Source: Camelus dromedarius (Eukaryota). From it: DNA of 64,000 bases. Position 1 is the stretch's first letter. Every line of letters begins with the position of its first letter. A model generated the notes under the pieces. It did not search any database. It was not told the origin of the DNA and saw only the letters and a program-made list of their open reading frames with translations. The DNA lies in the NCBI RefSeq assembly GCF_036321535.1, contig NC_087437.1, positions 74,464,001 to 74,528,000 on the forward strand, given 5' to 3'. Of this stretch, positions 14,830 through 27,850 are shown piece by piece. A program made the translations under genes and the position numbers.

Positions 14830-15350
14830 ATTCATTCAGTCATTCAACAACTATTTTGAACACTGACTGCCTGGATACAAAGATAAACTGGAAAGACTCT
14901 GTCTCTAATTTTCATGAAATGATAGTCCAGTATCTGGCTGTATGTGTTTGAAAAGAGAAGAGGAATTAATCAAACAATTTCCTCACTCATTGAACTAATA
15001 TTTATCAAATGATTACAATATGCTACACCTCTTTAACATGCTAGCAATGAACACATCTTTCCTTAAGGTAGCTCACATGCTAATGAGAGAAACAATAAAT
15101 AAACAAATGATATTTAGGGTAAATCCTACTAGAAAACCAGAAAGCAAAGGAGTGATGAGAGTATGTGTGCATTTATGTTTGAGTGCTATTTAAGATTTGA
15201 GGTTTTAGGACAGCTCCTTTTTGAAGGTGATATTTCAGCAGAAATCTGAATAAAATGAGAAAATGAGCCACGGGAATACATAAAGATGAAACATTCTGAG
15301 CAGAGAGAATTTCAAGAGCAAAGGCTCTGAGTTGGAAATGTGCTTGCGTG
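14830..15350 (-). mobile_element. L2 fragments
   Basis: CATTCATTCAGTCATTCAACAA..; AGGTGATATTTCAGCAGAAATCTGAA..CATTCTGAGCAGAGAGAA..AGCAAAGGCTCTGAG. Confidence 0.65.
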
Positions 15351-15852
15351 TGTAATGTCATGAATGACAAATTTATTGAGCACACAATTTATTGAGCTCT
15401 AAATAGATGCTGAGTACCAAAGTAAAATCAAGTCTTAGCCTCTAAAGCTGTAATATCATCCCTCAAGAATAAAAATAGAAGCAGACACAAATAGCAAGGT
15501 CCACCACCCCAGTCAACTCCAGGTAGTTAAGAAAATTGTCTTAGAAAACCTCTGATAAAGTTAATATGTGGAATTCATATCATTAAGGGGTACAAGAAAT
15601 TGGAATCTGCACAACTGAGCCAGCTTTAAGGGAACACCATGACCATTAGAAACAAGGGTATTAAATGTCCTCAGTGAGAAGAGTGCGGAAGAGGTACTGG
15701 TACAGAAGAAGAAGAAAACATAAACTTTTTAGAAAAGATACGATGAGTAAAAGCATCAGTTTCTATTACCTCCAATTAGAAACAAATAATTAGAAGCAAA
15801 GTTGGTTACAATGGTGTCATGTAAACACTAATCCCCATTGACTAAAAATCAC

Positions 15853-15858
<6 letters not shown>

Positions 15859-15887
<29 letters not shown>
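15859..15887. repeat. (TG)n microsatellite
   Basis: Perfect TG run. Confidence 0.95.
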
Positions 15888-15889
<2 letters not shown>

Positions 15890-18800
15890 ATATATATGCT
15901 GTTAATGAGTGATGTCTTCAAAGTACAATTAGTAGGACTGTTAAGACAAATAAGGACAATTAAAATACTAGATTTCCGAGTGTTCTGTTATTAACAACCC
16001 AAATCATACAGCTTTATGCTGAAAATATACTTCGGGCATTCTAAATAATTTTATTAGAAATTCTTATACTTCCAGTTTAACTAAGTAATCTGTTACCTTC
16101 TAAGAAAACACAAGGTTTTTGAAAGTCGTCATAATCTATTCCCTTCTCAAAGGGAATCTTTGCCACATGCACATACAAACATAGGTCCGGACTTGTCAAA
16201 AAGATGTGATATGAATGGGGTTGGCCTTGATGAGATTAGTTCTCTCTTTTATTCCTAGAATACCTCAAATTACTCAGGCAAGGTTTTCTGCAGAGGCATT
16301 AGAAATGAGGAGAGTGGATAAAAATTGATTCCAAATTTTCTATGAAAATTATTTCATTAGTTTTAAAAAACTAAACTACAGATCATTTATAACATCCTTA
16401 GATTTTTGTTTCTTTGTTAGTTTGATCAGATTAGAGTTCAAGCGTAATTAAAAGTTATTGTATTCTGAAAGAGCCATTTCTAAAGAACAGTCGACACCCT
16501 TTAAGAACTGTAGCTACAAAAAAAGTCAACCCTCCAGGCAGGTTAAGAATTTAATTAAACTACACAAAGCCAAGGGCAAGAACTGCAAATCCATACTTTT
16601 TGAACTTCAGAGATTTACACCAAGCTACTCTTTTAAATTAATACTGGTTTACCATTCCAGTGCATAAGAAATTCACCCACTCCCTAGGCCTTTATTTCTG
16701 TAGTTAAACCATGGCAGGACAAATCAAAATCAAATGTTCCAGTGCCTACTATGTGCCAAGTCCTGGGTGCAACATTCCATGGGTTTTTCACACCTTAAGG
16801 CTTGTAACAAAATAGCCTCACAAAATGATTTTTGACAAGCTCATTCTTCACCTGCTGCTCTCAGTTGAGCTGTTCTCAGAAGTGATATCCAAGGAAAGAG
16901 AGTAAACCTGAACATCATGACCCTAATCATCTACCCTCATACCTCGCAATTGCAAGTAAATAGCCTGTTAGGGGCAAATTCAATTTCTTCTTTGCTGCCT
17001 AAAGCCCTACAGCCAAGCCTGTAACTTCCTTAGACACATTTTTATAGAGTCAAGTTCACAGAGTATGAACAACTGTGAAAGATCTCACTATTTATACCAG
17101 ATATTCCTGTGTCTAAATGCACATAACCTACTCTCATGTATACACATATGCTCATACGGTTAATATTATTCATTCAGAATATTTAATCACAGACTTTTTT
17201 CTCCATGTAAAATCTCTCATTAAACAAAAAAGACTGATGTGATTGAACAATGACAAGAAAACGCATGTCAGTCACACTGTGCATATATGAAATTAGGAGA
17301 CTGCTGGGGAACTTTCCAAGATTTCACTGAAGAAGAATGGCTTTTGGTGGATTCTGAACCATTAATTTTCTTTTATTTGAATAATTATATATCTATCAAC
17401 TGAACATGAATTACAGAATGTCATTTGATCACAGTCAATCATTGTGATGGAGTCAACCAGCAGGCCAGGTGCTCCTGCCATAAAACTAATAAATCAGAGT
17501 TTTTTGAGAACAGTGAAGAATATGAATTCAACACACAAAAAAAATCTCATTATGAAAGCACACTTCCAATGCACATAAAGTGAATACTTACAAGTCAAAT
17601 ATTACTTTTGCTTTAAATAATAAAATTGAAAATCCCCTTTGAAGCAGTAATCGCATTTCTAGGAATTTACTCTAAGAAAATAATTAGAATTCTACTCTAA
17701 TAAGGACTTTCTCTAAGCATTATTTATAAGAATAAAATTGTAAAGACAACCTAAATATCTCTCATTAAAAGATGAATTTGTAGATTATGGCAAAATCATC
17801 TACTGGGATATAATTCATTCTTTCCGAAACGTATTTTCAAGTAACTTTTAATACCTTAGAGAATTTTCATGGTATAATTTTAAATGAAAAAAAGTAAAAT
17901 ACAAAAAGTATATACTTTTTTTTTAGCATTTCATGTACATAAAAGTACAGAAAAGAGGGCTAAAAGGGAATAAATTAAAATGGCATCTGTGCTCCTCTAT
18001 GAATAGTAAGATTACATAATTTCCTTTTTGTACTACTATGTAATGTACACACTACCCATGATAAGCTTGTTATACTTTTAGTCAACATAAAGTTATTTAT
18101 TTTTAAGAAGTCAGGCAAGAAGAAACTTTTGAAGCTAATGGGTATGTTTATAGCACAGATTGTAGTGATAGTTTCACAGGAATTAGCTCCGAACTCAACA
18201 AGTTGTATATATCAAATACGTACAGCTTTTCATAGTTTCAATCATACCTTGATAAAGTGCTTTTTAAAAAGATTTTTTAGTTGCTAATTTTGTCTAAATC
18301 TTTCTCATGCTCAAAAGTTCATAAACAGCAAGAACTACATTTATGCAAAAATATCTTGAAACTGACTTCAGAAAATTTCACTCCCCCCAAAAAATTTTAT
18401 GTTAGATGCTCTGAGTCAACTATTTCTTATAATTGCTGCTTTATTTTGTTAATAGTGTAAAATTTTGAGTAGTTAGTACTTTAAAGGGTGATGTTTTATT
18501 GCTATTTTTTGTTTTGTTTTATTATATTTTTTTTCTTCTCTGGAAAGTCTATTTTGTCCTTCCACTTGGTATAGTAATCATTAACCATGATTAGCTATCT
18601 GATTAACTTATTTACTTAAGATCCCGTTGCCACTTAATTATGAGATGAATGCTTTTACCACACAACTACATCAACATCTTCCAAAGTGATGTCAATGATA
18701 AAATGGTCCCATCATCAAATAAGTTGGGAAAATGCTGCTTAACATTTCCCACCACTTTGCAGTTTAGAAAGTCAGAACTTAAACACGGGCATATCCTGAG

Positions 18801-18924
18801 AAGTACTGTTTTATAAGAGCACATCTGACTATATTTAGCCCACTCTTTCCCAAACTTGTTTTTTTACAGAATCCTTTCCCAGAATATATCTTTTAATAAT
18901 CTGAGAAACTAATGTTTGGGGGCA

Positions 18925-19080
18925 GTGTTTAGCAAGCTTTAATTTGCAAAAGAATCACCTGGGGCTGGTGTTCAAACTGGTCATCTTATCTAGTAGGTCT
19001 AGGATGAGGTCTAACACTATGCATTTCGAACAGTCTGGTTAGTGATGCCTGGATTGCAGATGTGCTGGCCATAATTTGAG
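18925..19080. mobile_element. MER5-type hAT-Charlie MITE
   Basis: AGAATCACCTGGGG..AGTAGGTCTAGGATGAGG..TGCATTT..GTGATGC. Confidence 0.6.
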
Positions 19081-19637
19081 TCCTAATACAAGAGAGAACA
19101 TACTTTAGGATCTGGACAAAAGCCTGAGACACACCATGTACCCACAAATACATAGACACCCATTTTTTTCTGTAAACTAGCATTCTTTCATCAGATATTT
19201 ATTGAACACACAGACACTGGGTGAGATATGGTATCAGATGAGTACTAAATGTTAGCCTTAAAAATTAGATATCGGAAAAGATAATAGCTTTGGCTTAAAC
19301 AAATGCCTTATGTTGTCTTTCCAGGCGGGTTAATTCATTGTCCAACAACCTGGTTTAATATGTTACTGAATGGGCACTTAACATTAAATGGGCTCTCAGC
19401 TGTGATAAACTCAGATGGCAGCTCATTTGCATGGAGCACCTTATTTTGCATCAGCATTTCTATTCCTTTTTGAAGTTCATAACTGTCTTGTTATGTTAAC
19501 TTTTAGACCAAGAGTGAACTCTCGCTAATTCTCTAAAGTCATGTAACTATCTTAGAAATAAATCAATGAATAAAATATACGCTTTTTTTTTAAGTAATGA
19601 TGGAAATTGCATTGCTTAAATTTTACTTTCTCTAAAA

Positions 19638-19856
19638 CAGGGGTCTCAATCAGGAGCAATTTTACACCTCGGGGGACATCTGGCATTGTCTAGTGACATT
19701 TTTGGTTGTTACACTGTGTGAGGGGAAGTTGCTATTGGCTTCTAGTGGGTAGAGCCTGGGGGTGCTGTTATACATCCTACAACACACAGGACAGTCCCTC
19801 ACAACAAAGAATTATCAGACCCAAATGTCAATACCCTGGTGGAGGTTAAGAACTTG
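19638..19856. mobile_element. MER20 hAT-Charlie element
   Basis: GGGGACATCTGGCATTGTCTAGTGACATTTTTGGTTGT..CTAGTGGGTAGAG..ACATCCTACAA..CACAACAAAGAATTATC..CCAAATGTCAATA. Confidence 0.85.
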
Positions 19857-21617
19857 TGCTATTTTCTAATATCTTCTTTGATGTGATTTAGGACATAGAT
19901 TGGAAAACTTTGAAAGAGAACATGCCAAGCCCTAGACCCGTTTTCACCTGGGGTGGATTTAATGTTCATTTGCAAATAAAACAGAACAGGGAAACTGTAC
20001 CAGTTGTCAGTTCTCCTGAGAAGATGAAGGCTTTTAGGTAGACTACTAAAAAGTCCAGTGGCTCTGGTCACAGTCACAGGGAAGGAGTTAGAATGCTAAT
20101 GGGCCATTATCTGGTATAATTGTTCAGTGCACCACTTTACAGGTGTACAAGTTACGTTCCTATAAACCAGTGAAGAGGCTAAGATTTTCCAAGACTCCTT
20201 TAGAAAAAAATTTTTTAAATCACAATTTCCAAGTGGGTGCTAAAACAGTCTTGAAAAGTGACACAGTCCTCACAGGTTGACGCTGTATGACAGTGGACAA
20301 CGGGCTTAACCTCCTTGTTCATACAGAACTGAGTTGGACTAAAAGTGAGATAATACGTGATGATGATAATGAACTGCTTCCTGCCCAAATGCCCTTGCTA
20401 TTTAGCACACTGATGTCAGCCATTTTCATACCCCTCCCCCAGCCCCTCATGAAGACTGTTTTGGGAAAGTCAGATATTCTCTCAGTGTAAGGATAAAGTA
20501 GGAATAGAAGTTGGGCTGGGGGAATTAGGAAAATGTGGAAAAAGGAAAGTGATCAGAGAAAGCTCAAGGCTGGTACAGACTGGGAACCAATACTTTCAAG
20601 CCCAGGGAAGCAGAGTAGACAGCTGTAGGAATGGCTTATCGAGATTTCACCATGAATATAATTGGTGGTCACGTGGAATGTTACATAGGACCAGGCAATT
20701 CTATACAAACTGTTCATTACACTGAGTTCAGAAACCCAGGGTTGGGAATATGCTTAAAGTGGATGTACAGACGACATGCCATTTTTATAAATATTCCAGA
20801 CAACCAAAATTAACATATTGTGTCCTAATTTTATCAATATATAGGGCCACAAGAGTGACAAGAAGAAGTATATTTATTGGGAATTTATTTTTAACTTAAC
20901 TGGTAATGTGTTTATAAAAACTAACATAGCTTGAACTGGGAAAAGATGTAACAGTGAGTTCTTTGAAATGTAGATTATATAGATTTAAAAATGAAGAATA
21001 ATTGGACATGGTGGCATCTGCAGAAATAAATGACAGGATTCAAAATGTGCTATGATGTGCTTGTAAAAATTAACATAGTCATGGCTGGGGAGGAGTATTT
21101 ATTGTCCCAGTAGGTTCCTTGGGATGTAGAAATGTAGGTTTGAAGTGAGGAGTGACTGAATGTGGTGGTATCTGGAGAGCTAAGTGACAGGACTCAGAAG
21201 GTTAATAGGGTTTCCATAGCTTTAACCCAGCCGAAAAAGCAGAAGTGGAACTCTGCATGCTAGGGCAGCTGGAGATTGCTGGAGAGGCTGTTGCATTCAG
21301 GGAAAATCAGGTGCACTGGACACAATAGTGAGCGACTAAAGGAATTCTAAGGAGGAGAGTAGAGGCAGAAAACGAAACCGTACCCAAGAAAGAACAGGAG
21401 TCAGTATGTGCACAGTCATCAGATAAGGTCCAGAATGTGGAGGAGTCATGATTAGAACATGAAATTGGACATTTAAAAAGAAAAAACTTACAGTGCCACC
21501 AGGCTCAGTAAAAAGTAGTTTGGGGTTGGTAGTTGAAGTTACTACCAGAGAGCAGTGTGGTTCATGGCTCATCTGCCCAGAGGAATTACCTGGGATCATA
21601 TTTAAAGTACAGACAGA

Positions 21618-22058
21618 CAGAGAAGAATGAAATAATGCCATTTGCAGCACGCAACATGGATGGACTTAAAGATTATCATACTAAGTGAGACAGAGAAAGA
21701 CAGATATCATATGATATCACTTATATGTGGAATCTAAAAAAAAATCATACAAATGAACTTATTTACAAAACAGAAATAGACTCACAGAGAAAACAAAGTT
21801 ATAGTTACCAAAGGGCAAAGGAGGGAGGGATGAATTGGGAATTTGGGACTAACAGATACACACTACTATATATAAAATAAACATCAAGGACCTACTGTAT
21901 AGTACCAGGAACTATATTCAATATCTTGTAATAACCTATAATGGAAAAGAATCTGAAAAAGAATATATATATGTATGTATAACTGAATCACTTTGCTGTA
22001 CACCAGAAACATTATAAATCAACCATGCTTCAATAAGAAAAAGAACTGAAGAAAAAAA
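21618..22058 (+). mobile_element. 5'-truncated L1 3' end with A-tail and TSD
   Basis: GAAATAATGCCATTTGCAGCA..TCACTTATATGTGGAATCTAAAA..; TSD TAAAGTACAG(a/g)CAGA at 21603-21617 and 22059-22073. Confidence 0.9.
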
Positions 22059-22989
22059 TAAAGTACAGGCAGATGAACTGCACAACAGGTCTGAGTCAGA
22101 AACTCCTTGCTGTGTATAGGTAACAGCCTTGACAAGTTTCCAGCATGACTGAGGCACACACTCAAGAATGAGATACACTGTCCCTGAGATGAGAAAGACC
22201 ACTCAGTGGACACAGACCAACATGAGCTGGTCAAGGACAGAACTGGAAGGGAACCAGGAGCCTCTGCCTGTGGGGCACCATGCAAATCACTGATCATCTA
22301 GGTCCTCCCAGGAGCCTGGTAAGACCATATCTTACATACATCATTTCCTACATTTCTTTTTTTCTGCTACAATTACAGTAAAATGTAATGTGAAATAGAA
22401 AGTATCTCATAAAGGTTAGTGTGACATTTTAGAGGTCATATTAATTTAGTGAGGTTAGTACGTGATGGTTTCCTAAGATTGGTTTTCTTTAGAAAATGTA
22501 AGTCTGGAATATAGGCTATCTTCTAGGTTTTATTTTTTCTAAAGTTCTACATTTTTAAAAATTTCCCAAGACTGTAAGTTTCTTGAAGGCAATAATATGC
22601 TAATGTTTCTTGACACTCAAATTATGCTCAATAAGTACTTATTTGAAGGAATTAACACAGTATTAGAGAAAAATAGGGGATAAAAGAAGATGCCTGTTTG
22701 GAAAATAATATAAAAGAAAACTGAACACTATATTCAAACAAGAACCAGTTTAAAAATGGAATAAAAAATTTCATTTAAAAGTATAAGAAAATAAAAAGAA
22801 CCTAAGAGCAACAAGAAATGTTCAGAACCTATGTGAAGAAAAAGTCAACATTCTACCAAGAAACATAAAAAAAAAAAAAGATTAGTAGAAGGGTATTTTA
22901 TTCTTAATAAGGCATAATATTAAAAAGCTGTAAATTTCATCAATCCTAATAAAAACTACAAATAGGTCTCCACCTTTTTTTTTATCTTT

Positions 22990-24060
22990 CTAAGAAACTT
23001 TTTTATTTGGTCAAATATATGTAACATAAAATTCACCATGTTAACCACTTTAAAGTACACAGTTTAATGGCATTAGGTACGTTTACATCGCTGTGCAACC
23101 ATCACCACCATCCATCTCCAGGACTTTTTATTTTCTTAAACTGAAACCTGTTAAACACTAGTTGTCCATCCCTCCCACCTTCCAACCTGCAGAAACTATC
23201 GTTCTACTTTCCTTATTTATTGATTTTAGTATTCTAGGTACCTCAGTGAAGTGGAATCATTCAGTGTTTGTCTTTTTGCCTCTAGTTTGTTTCACTGTAT
23301 AATGTGTTCAAGGTTTATCCATGTTGTGCATGTGTCAGAATTTCCTTCCTCTTTGAGGCTATATAATATTTCATTGTATGTACATACCACATTTTGTTTA
23401 TCCATCTGTCAATAGACACTTAGGTTGCTGCCATCTTTTGGCTACTGTGAATAATGCTGCTATGAATATCCATGCACAAGTATCTGCTTGAGCCCTGCTT
23501 TCAATTCTTTGGGGGTATGTGCCAAGACATGAAACTGCTAGATGATATGGTAATTCTATTAATTTCATATTAATCAATTCAATTTTTTGAGGACCATACC
23601 ATTTTTCAGTGGCTGTATCATTTTGTATTCCCAAAAACAATGCACAAGGGTTCCAAGTTCTCCACTTCCTTGTCAACATTTGCCATTCTCTGTTTTTTAC
23701 AATAACCATCTTAATGGGTGTGAAGTTATATCTCACTGTGGTTTTGATTTGCATTTCTCTAATGATTAGTGATGTTGAGCCTATTTTCATGTGCTTATTA
23801 GCTATATATTTATTTCCTTTGGAGAAATGTCTGTTCAAGTCTTTTGTTCATTTTTTGATAAGGTTGTTTGTTTTTGTTGTAGTTATTGAGTTGTAGGAGT
23901 TCTTTATGTATACTGGATATCAATCGTTATGAGATACAGGATTTGCTAATATTTTCTCCTGCTACCCTTTCACTCTGTTAATTGTGTCCTTTGATGCACA
24001 AAAGTTTTTAATTTTGATAAACTTACCTATTTTTGCCTGTGCTTTTGATGTCTCACTTTT
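22990..24060 (-). mobile_element. L1 (L1MB-like) ORF2 C-terminus and 3'UTR
   Basis: Minus-strand [39 protein letters not shown] is the L1 ORF2 C-terminus. Confidence 0.92.
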
Positions 24061-24100
24061 TTAGAATGATCAACCAATTCTAAAGTTCATCTGCAAAAGT

Positions 24101-25820
24101 TCACATGCACAAAAATAAATTCAGAATGGATTAAAGCCTTAAATATAAGGCCTGAAATCATAAAAGTCCTAGAAGTAAACATAGGCGGTCTATCCTTTGA
24201 CATAGGTCCTAGCAATATTATTTTGGACCTGTCTCCTCAGGTGAGGGAAACAAAAGCAAAAATAAACAAATTAGACGATAAAAAAAAAGAAAAGTTTTTG
24301 CACAGTAAAGAAAACTATTAACAAAATGAAAGGCCACCTGCTGAATGACAGAAGACATTTGCAAATGATGTATCTGATAAGGGGTTAATAACCAATATAT
24401 ACAAAGAGCTCATACAACTCAACATCAAACAACAACAAACAAACAACTAAAAAATGGGCAGATGATCTAAACAGACATTTTTTCCAAAGACTATACACAG
24501 ATGGCTAACAGGCACATGAAAAGATGCTCAATATCACTAATCATTAGGGAAATGAAAATCAAAACCACAATGAGATATCATCTCATATCTGTTAGAATGA
24601 TTATTATCAAAAAGATAACAAATAACAAGTATTGGTGAAGATGTGGAGAAAAGGAAACCATCGTGCAGTGCTGTTAGGAATGTAAATTAGTGCAGTCACT
24701 ATGGAAAAATAGTATGGACTCTCTCCAAAGAATTAAAATTATAACTACCAGTGATCCAGCAATTCCATTCCTGGGTATTTATCCAAAGGGGTAAAAACCC
24801 ACTAATTCAAAAATATACATGCACCCCTATGGTCAATGCAGCATTATTTACAATCATTAAGCAACCTAATGGAAGCAACCTAAGTGTCCAAAAAAAGATG
24901 AATAAATAAAGGAGTTCTGGTGTGTGTGTCTATATATAAAAATATGTAAAACAGAATATTATGCAGCCATAAAAAAAGAAAAATCTTGCGATTTTGGGCA
25001 AGATGGATGGGCCTAGAGGGTTTTATGCTAATTGAAATAAATCCAATAAAGAAAAACAAATACTGTATGATTTAATTTATAGGTGGAATCTTAAACAACA
25101 AAGCAAAGAAACAAACAAAACATAAATAAAGCTTTAGACACAGAGAACAAACAGGTGTTTGCCAGAAGGGATGCAAGTAGAGGGAAGAAAGAAATAGGTA
25201 AGGGAGATTAAGAAGTACAAACTTCCAATTGCAAAATAAATGAGACACATATATGAAATGTACAGTGTGGGGAATATAGTCAGTAACTTTGTAGTGTCTT
25301 TGTATGGTGACATATCCTAACTAGACTTATCATGGTGATCAGTTTGAAATGTTTAGAAATATTGAATCACTATGTTGTGTAACAGGAACTAACAGTGTTG
25401 TATGTCAATTATACTTCAAAAACAAACAAATACTTTAAAAAATAGATAAGATTTGTGGTTACAAGAAGTGGGAGGGAGAATGGGGGAAGGAATTAGATGA
25501 AGGCAGTCAAAAGGTACAAATTTCCAGTAATATGATAAGTGGGTACCAGAGATATAATGTACAATATGTCAAATATAGTTAACACTGCTGTATGTTATAC
25601 ATGAAGGCTTTTGGGAGAGTGGGTCCTGGGAATTCTCATCGCAAGAAAAAATTTCTTTTCTGTTTCTTTAATTTAGTACTTACGTGAGATGGTGAATGTT
25701 CACTGGACTTGTGATAGCCACTTCATGATGTATGTAGGTCAAATCATTATGCTGTATACTTTAAACCTGTATAGTGTTGTATGTTAATATACATGGCATA
25801 AAACTGGAAGAAAAAATAAA
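24101..25820 (+). mobile_element. L1 ORF2 C-terminus and 3'UTR
   Basis: AAAATAAATTCAGAATGGATTAAAG..CACATGAAAAGATGCTCAA..GATCCAGCAATTCCATTCCTGGGTATTTATCC, ending in an A-rich tail. Confidence 0.92.
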
Positions 25821-27639
25821 AAGAAAAGCAATGGAGTAGATCTCTATGTACTGGTAAAGAATGATGTTCATGTTTTAAAGTTTAAAAAGCAAGATGTTGA
25901 GTATTGTTATAATAGATCCCATTTGTGGAATAATATAGATGTGTGTATATGTATATGTATATATTTGTATACATATATGTATAGATATTTATATTTATCC
26001 ATATATATTTGTAGATGCATAGAAAATCTGGAAAGTAAACTTAACTGCTGGAGGAACTTTTATGTTTACTTTATACTCTTCTGAATGGTATGAATTATTT
26101 ACAATAAGAATATGATAATTTTATAATTTAAATTTACATTTACAATTCAAAATAAATACTTTGTGCTGGAGGTGATTAGAGTTTCCATCCTTGAAACAGA
26201 CTCAGTAAATGAGATTGTTACTGAAGAGTATGGAATGGAATATTGTGGTACATTTCAGGTACATGGCCAGCTCTAGATTTGAAAGGACGAAAGGTTCTAG
26301 ATGGTTTATTTTGGGGCAAATCATTTTTCTTCAATTCATTCTCCTTATTGGTAATTTATGGGGAATTAGATTACGGGATGACTAAGGTCCCTTACAGGTT
26401 GACTGAAGTTCCTTATAAATTATGAGCCAGAGCAGCTAGAAGACCAAAATTCATGGCAAAAAATGAAGAAGCTGCACTGGAGATAAAAGTCAAATACGTC
26501 AGCATGATGTGTTTCTCAGTGAAATGTCAACTCTTATTGTCTGTAGCCAGGCCTTGAATATTGTGGCAAAAACATGAAAACAGACTTCTCAAGACAACTG
26601 CCCTCAATTCCACTTGATAGTAAGTAACTTGTTTTGCTTCAGTGCAAGATGTAAAGAATTTCAATTTCTTTGACTTTCAAGTTTTTTCAAATAAATGTCC
26701 CTACCATTTTCCCATGTCAAACATCTTTTCTCATTTCCACTCTTTGAAAACATAACCCATTTATTCAAAAGATGAATTCATAAGCATAAAATATTCCAAA
26801 AAAGCAAATCTCAAGAATGCATATTCATCTTGTATTTCAGCTTTCCCCAACCTGCTGATGCTGCTAATATTGCTGACTCAATAAATAAACATTTTGCATG
26901 TGGCATAGAATATACTCCACAAACTTAAAATTTTGTAGGTAAAAATATTATCACAATTCAAGCCTTTTTTCTCTCTAGTATCAAATTTGGCAGTTCTTGA
27001 GTGTCATACAGGCTATGTCTCAGAATTTAGTTTTTAAATCTGCTGTATAGGAGTAGGAATATATTCTCCCTACAGAAATAGTATTATAAATGCTTCATGT
27101 GTTCTCAGTCTAAACCACAATGTACTACTTAATCCATAGTGTACCCAAATTGGAGTGTTTTTGAGGGATAGTGGAACCTAACAAAGAAAGCAAACACTTT
27201 GGAGTCAGAACCCGCTTGAAATCCTGGCTCTGTTATTTCCCAATTGAGCAAGTCATTTAGAGCCAGTGAGCCTCAGATGGCTCCTATGTAAAACACGGAT
27301 CATAATATTTATTTCCCAGAGTTGCCCTGAGGATTATCTGAGGTCATGTAGGTGGTCATTTTCTCCCTTCCCGCCTCTCCTTTATGCTCGGTTTTGCTAC
27401 TCAAGTGAAAGCAGAGGAGGTTTTTGTGGTTTATTTGCTCTACACTGTATTTATATAACAAAACTATGAAAATGGGCTGGCCTAATTTTAATCATAGCCC
27501 CAAGCAGCATCTGAAGGATGGATACAGCTTCAACTCTGGAGGAGCAGGAAAAAGGGCCATGGAGCTCCTGCCACACCTTTGGGTGGTGATGGCTCATATC
27601 ACAGAGGCATCCACATCCATCAGTTATTAACACCACAGG

Positions 27640-27850
27640 GTCTACAGTCAGGAAGATCAAGTCCAAAATCCTGGATTTACCACTTACCAGGTATGCAGAC
27701 TTGAACAATGTATTTACCTCTGTGACTCAATTTCCCCATTTGTAAAGTGAGAACAGTAATAGTACCTCCTACCTAAGGTTTGTTTGAAGAGTAAATGAAG
27801 AAATGCACGTAAAATACTTTCCATAATACCTTTCTCATAGTATTTTTATA
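27640..27850 (+). mobile_element. MIR SINE (further MIR pieces near 27170-27350, 31580-31715, 43945-44150, 48100-48240)
   Basis: CACTTACCAG..ACTTGAACAA..CCTCTGTGACTCAATTTCCCCATTTGTAAAGTG MIR core. Confidence 0.75.
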
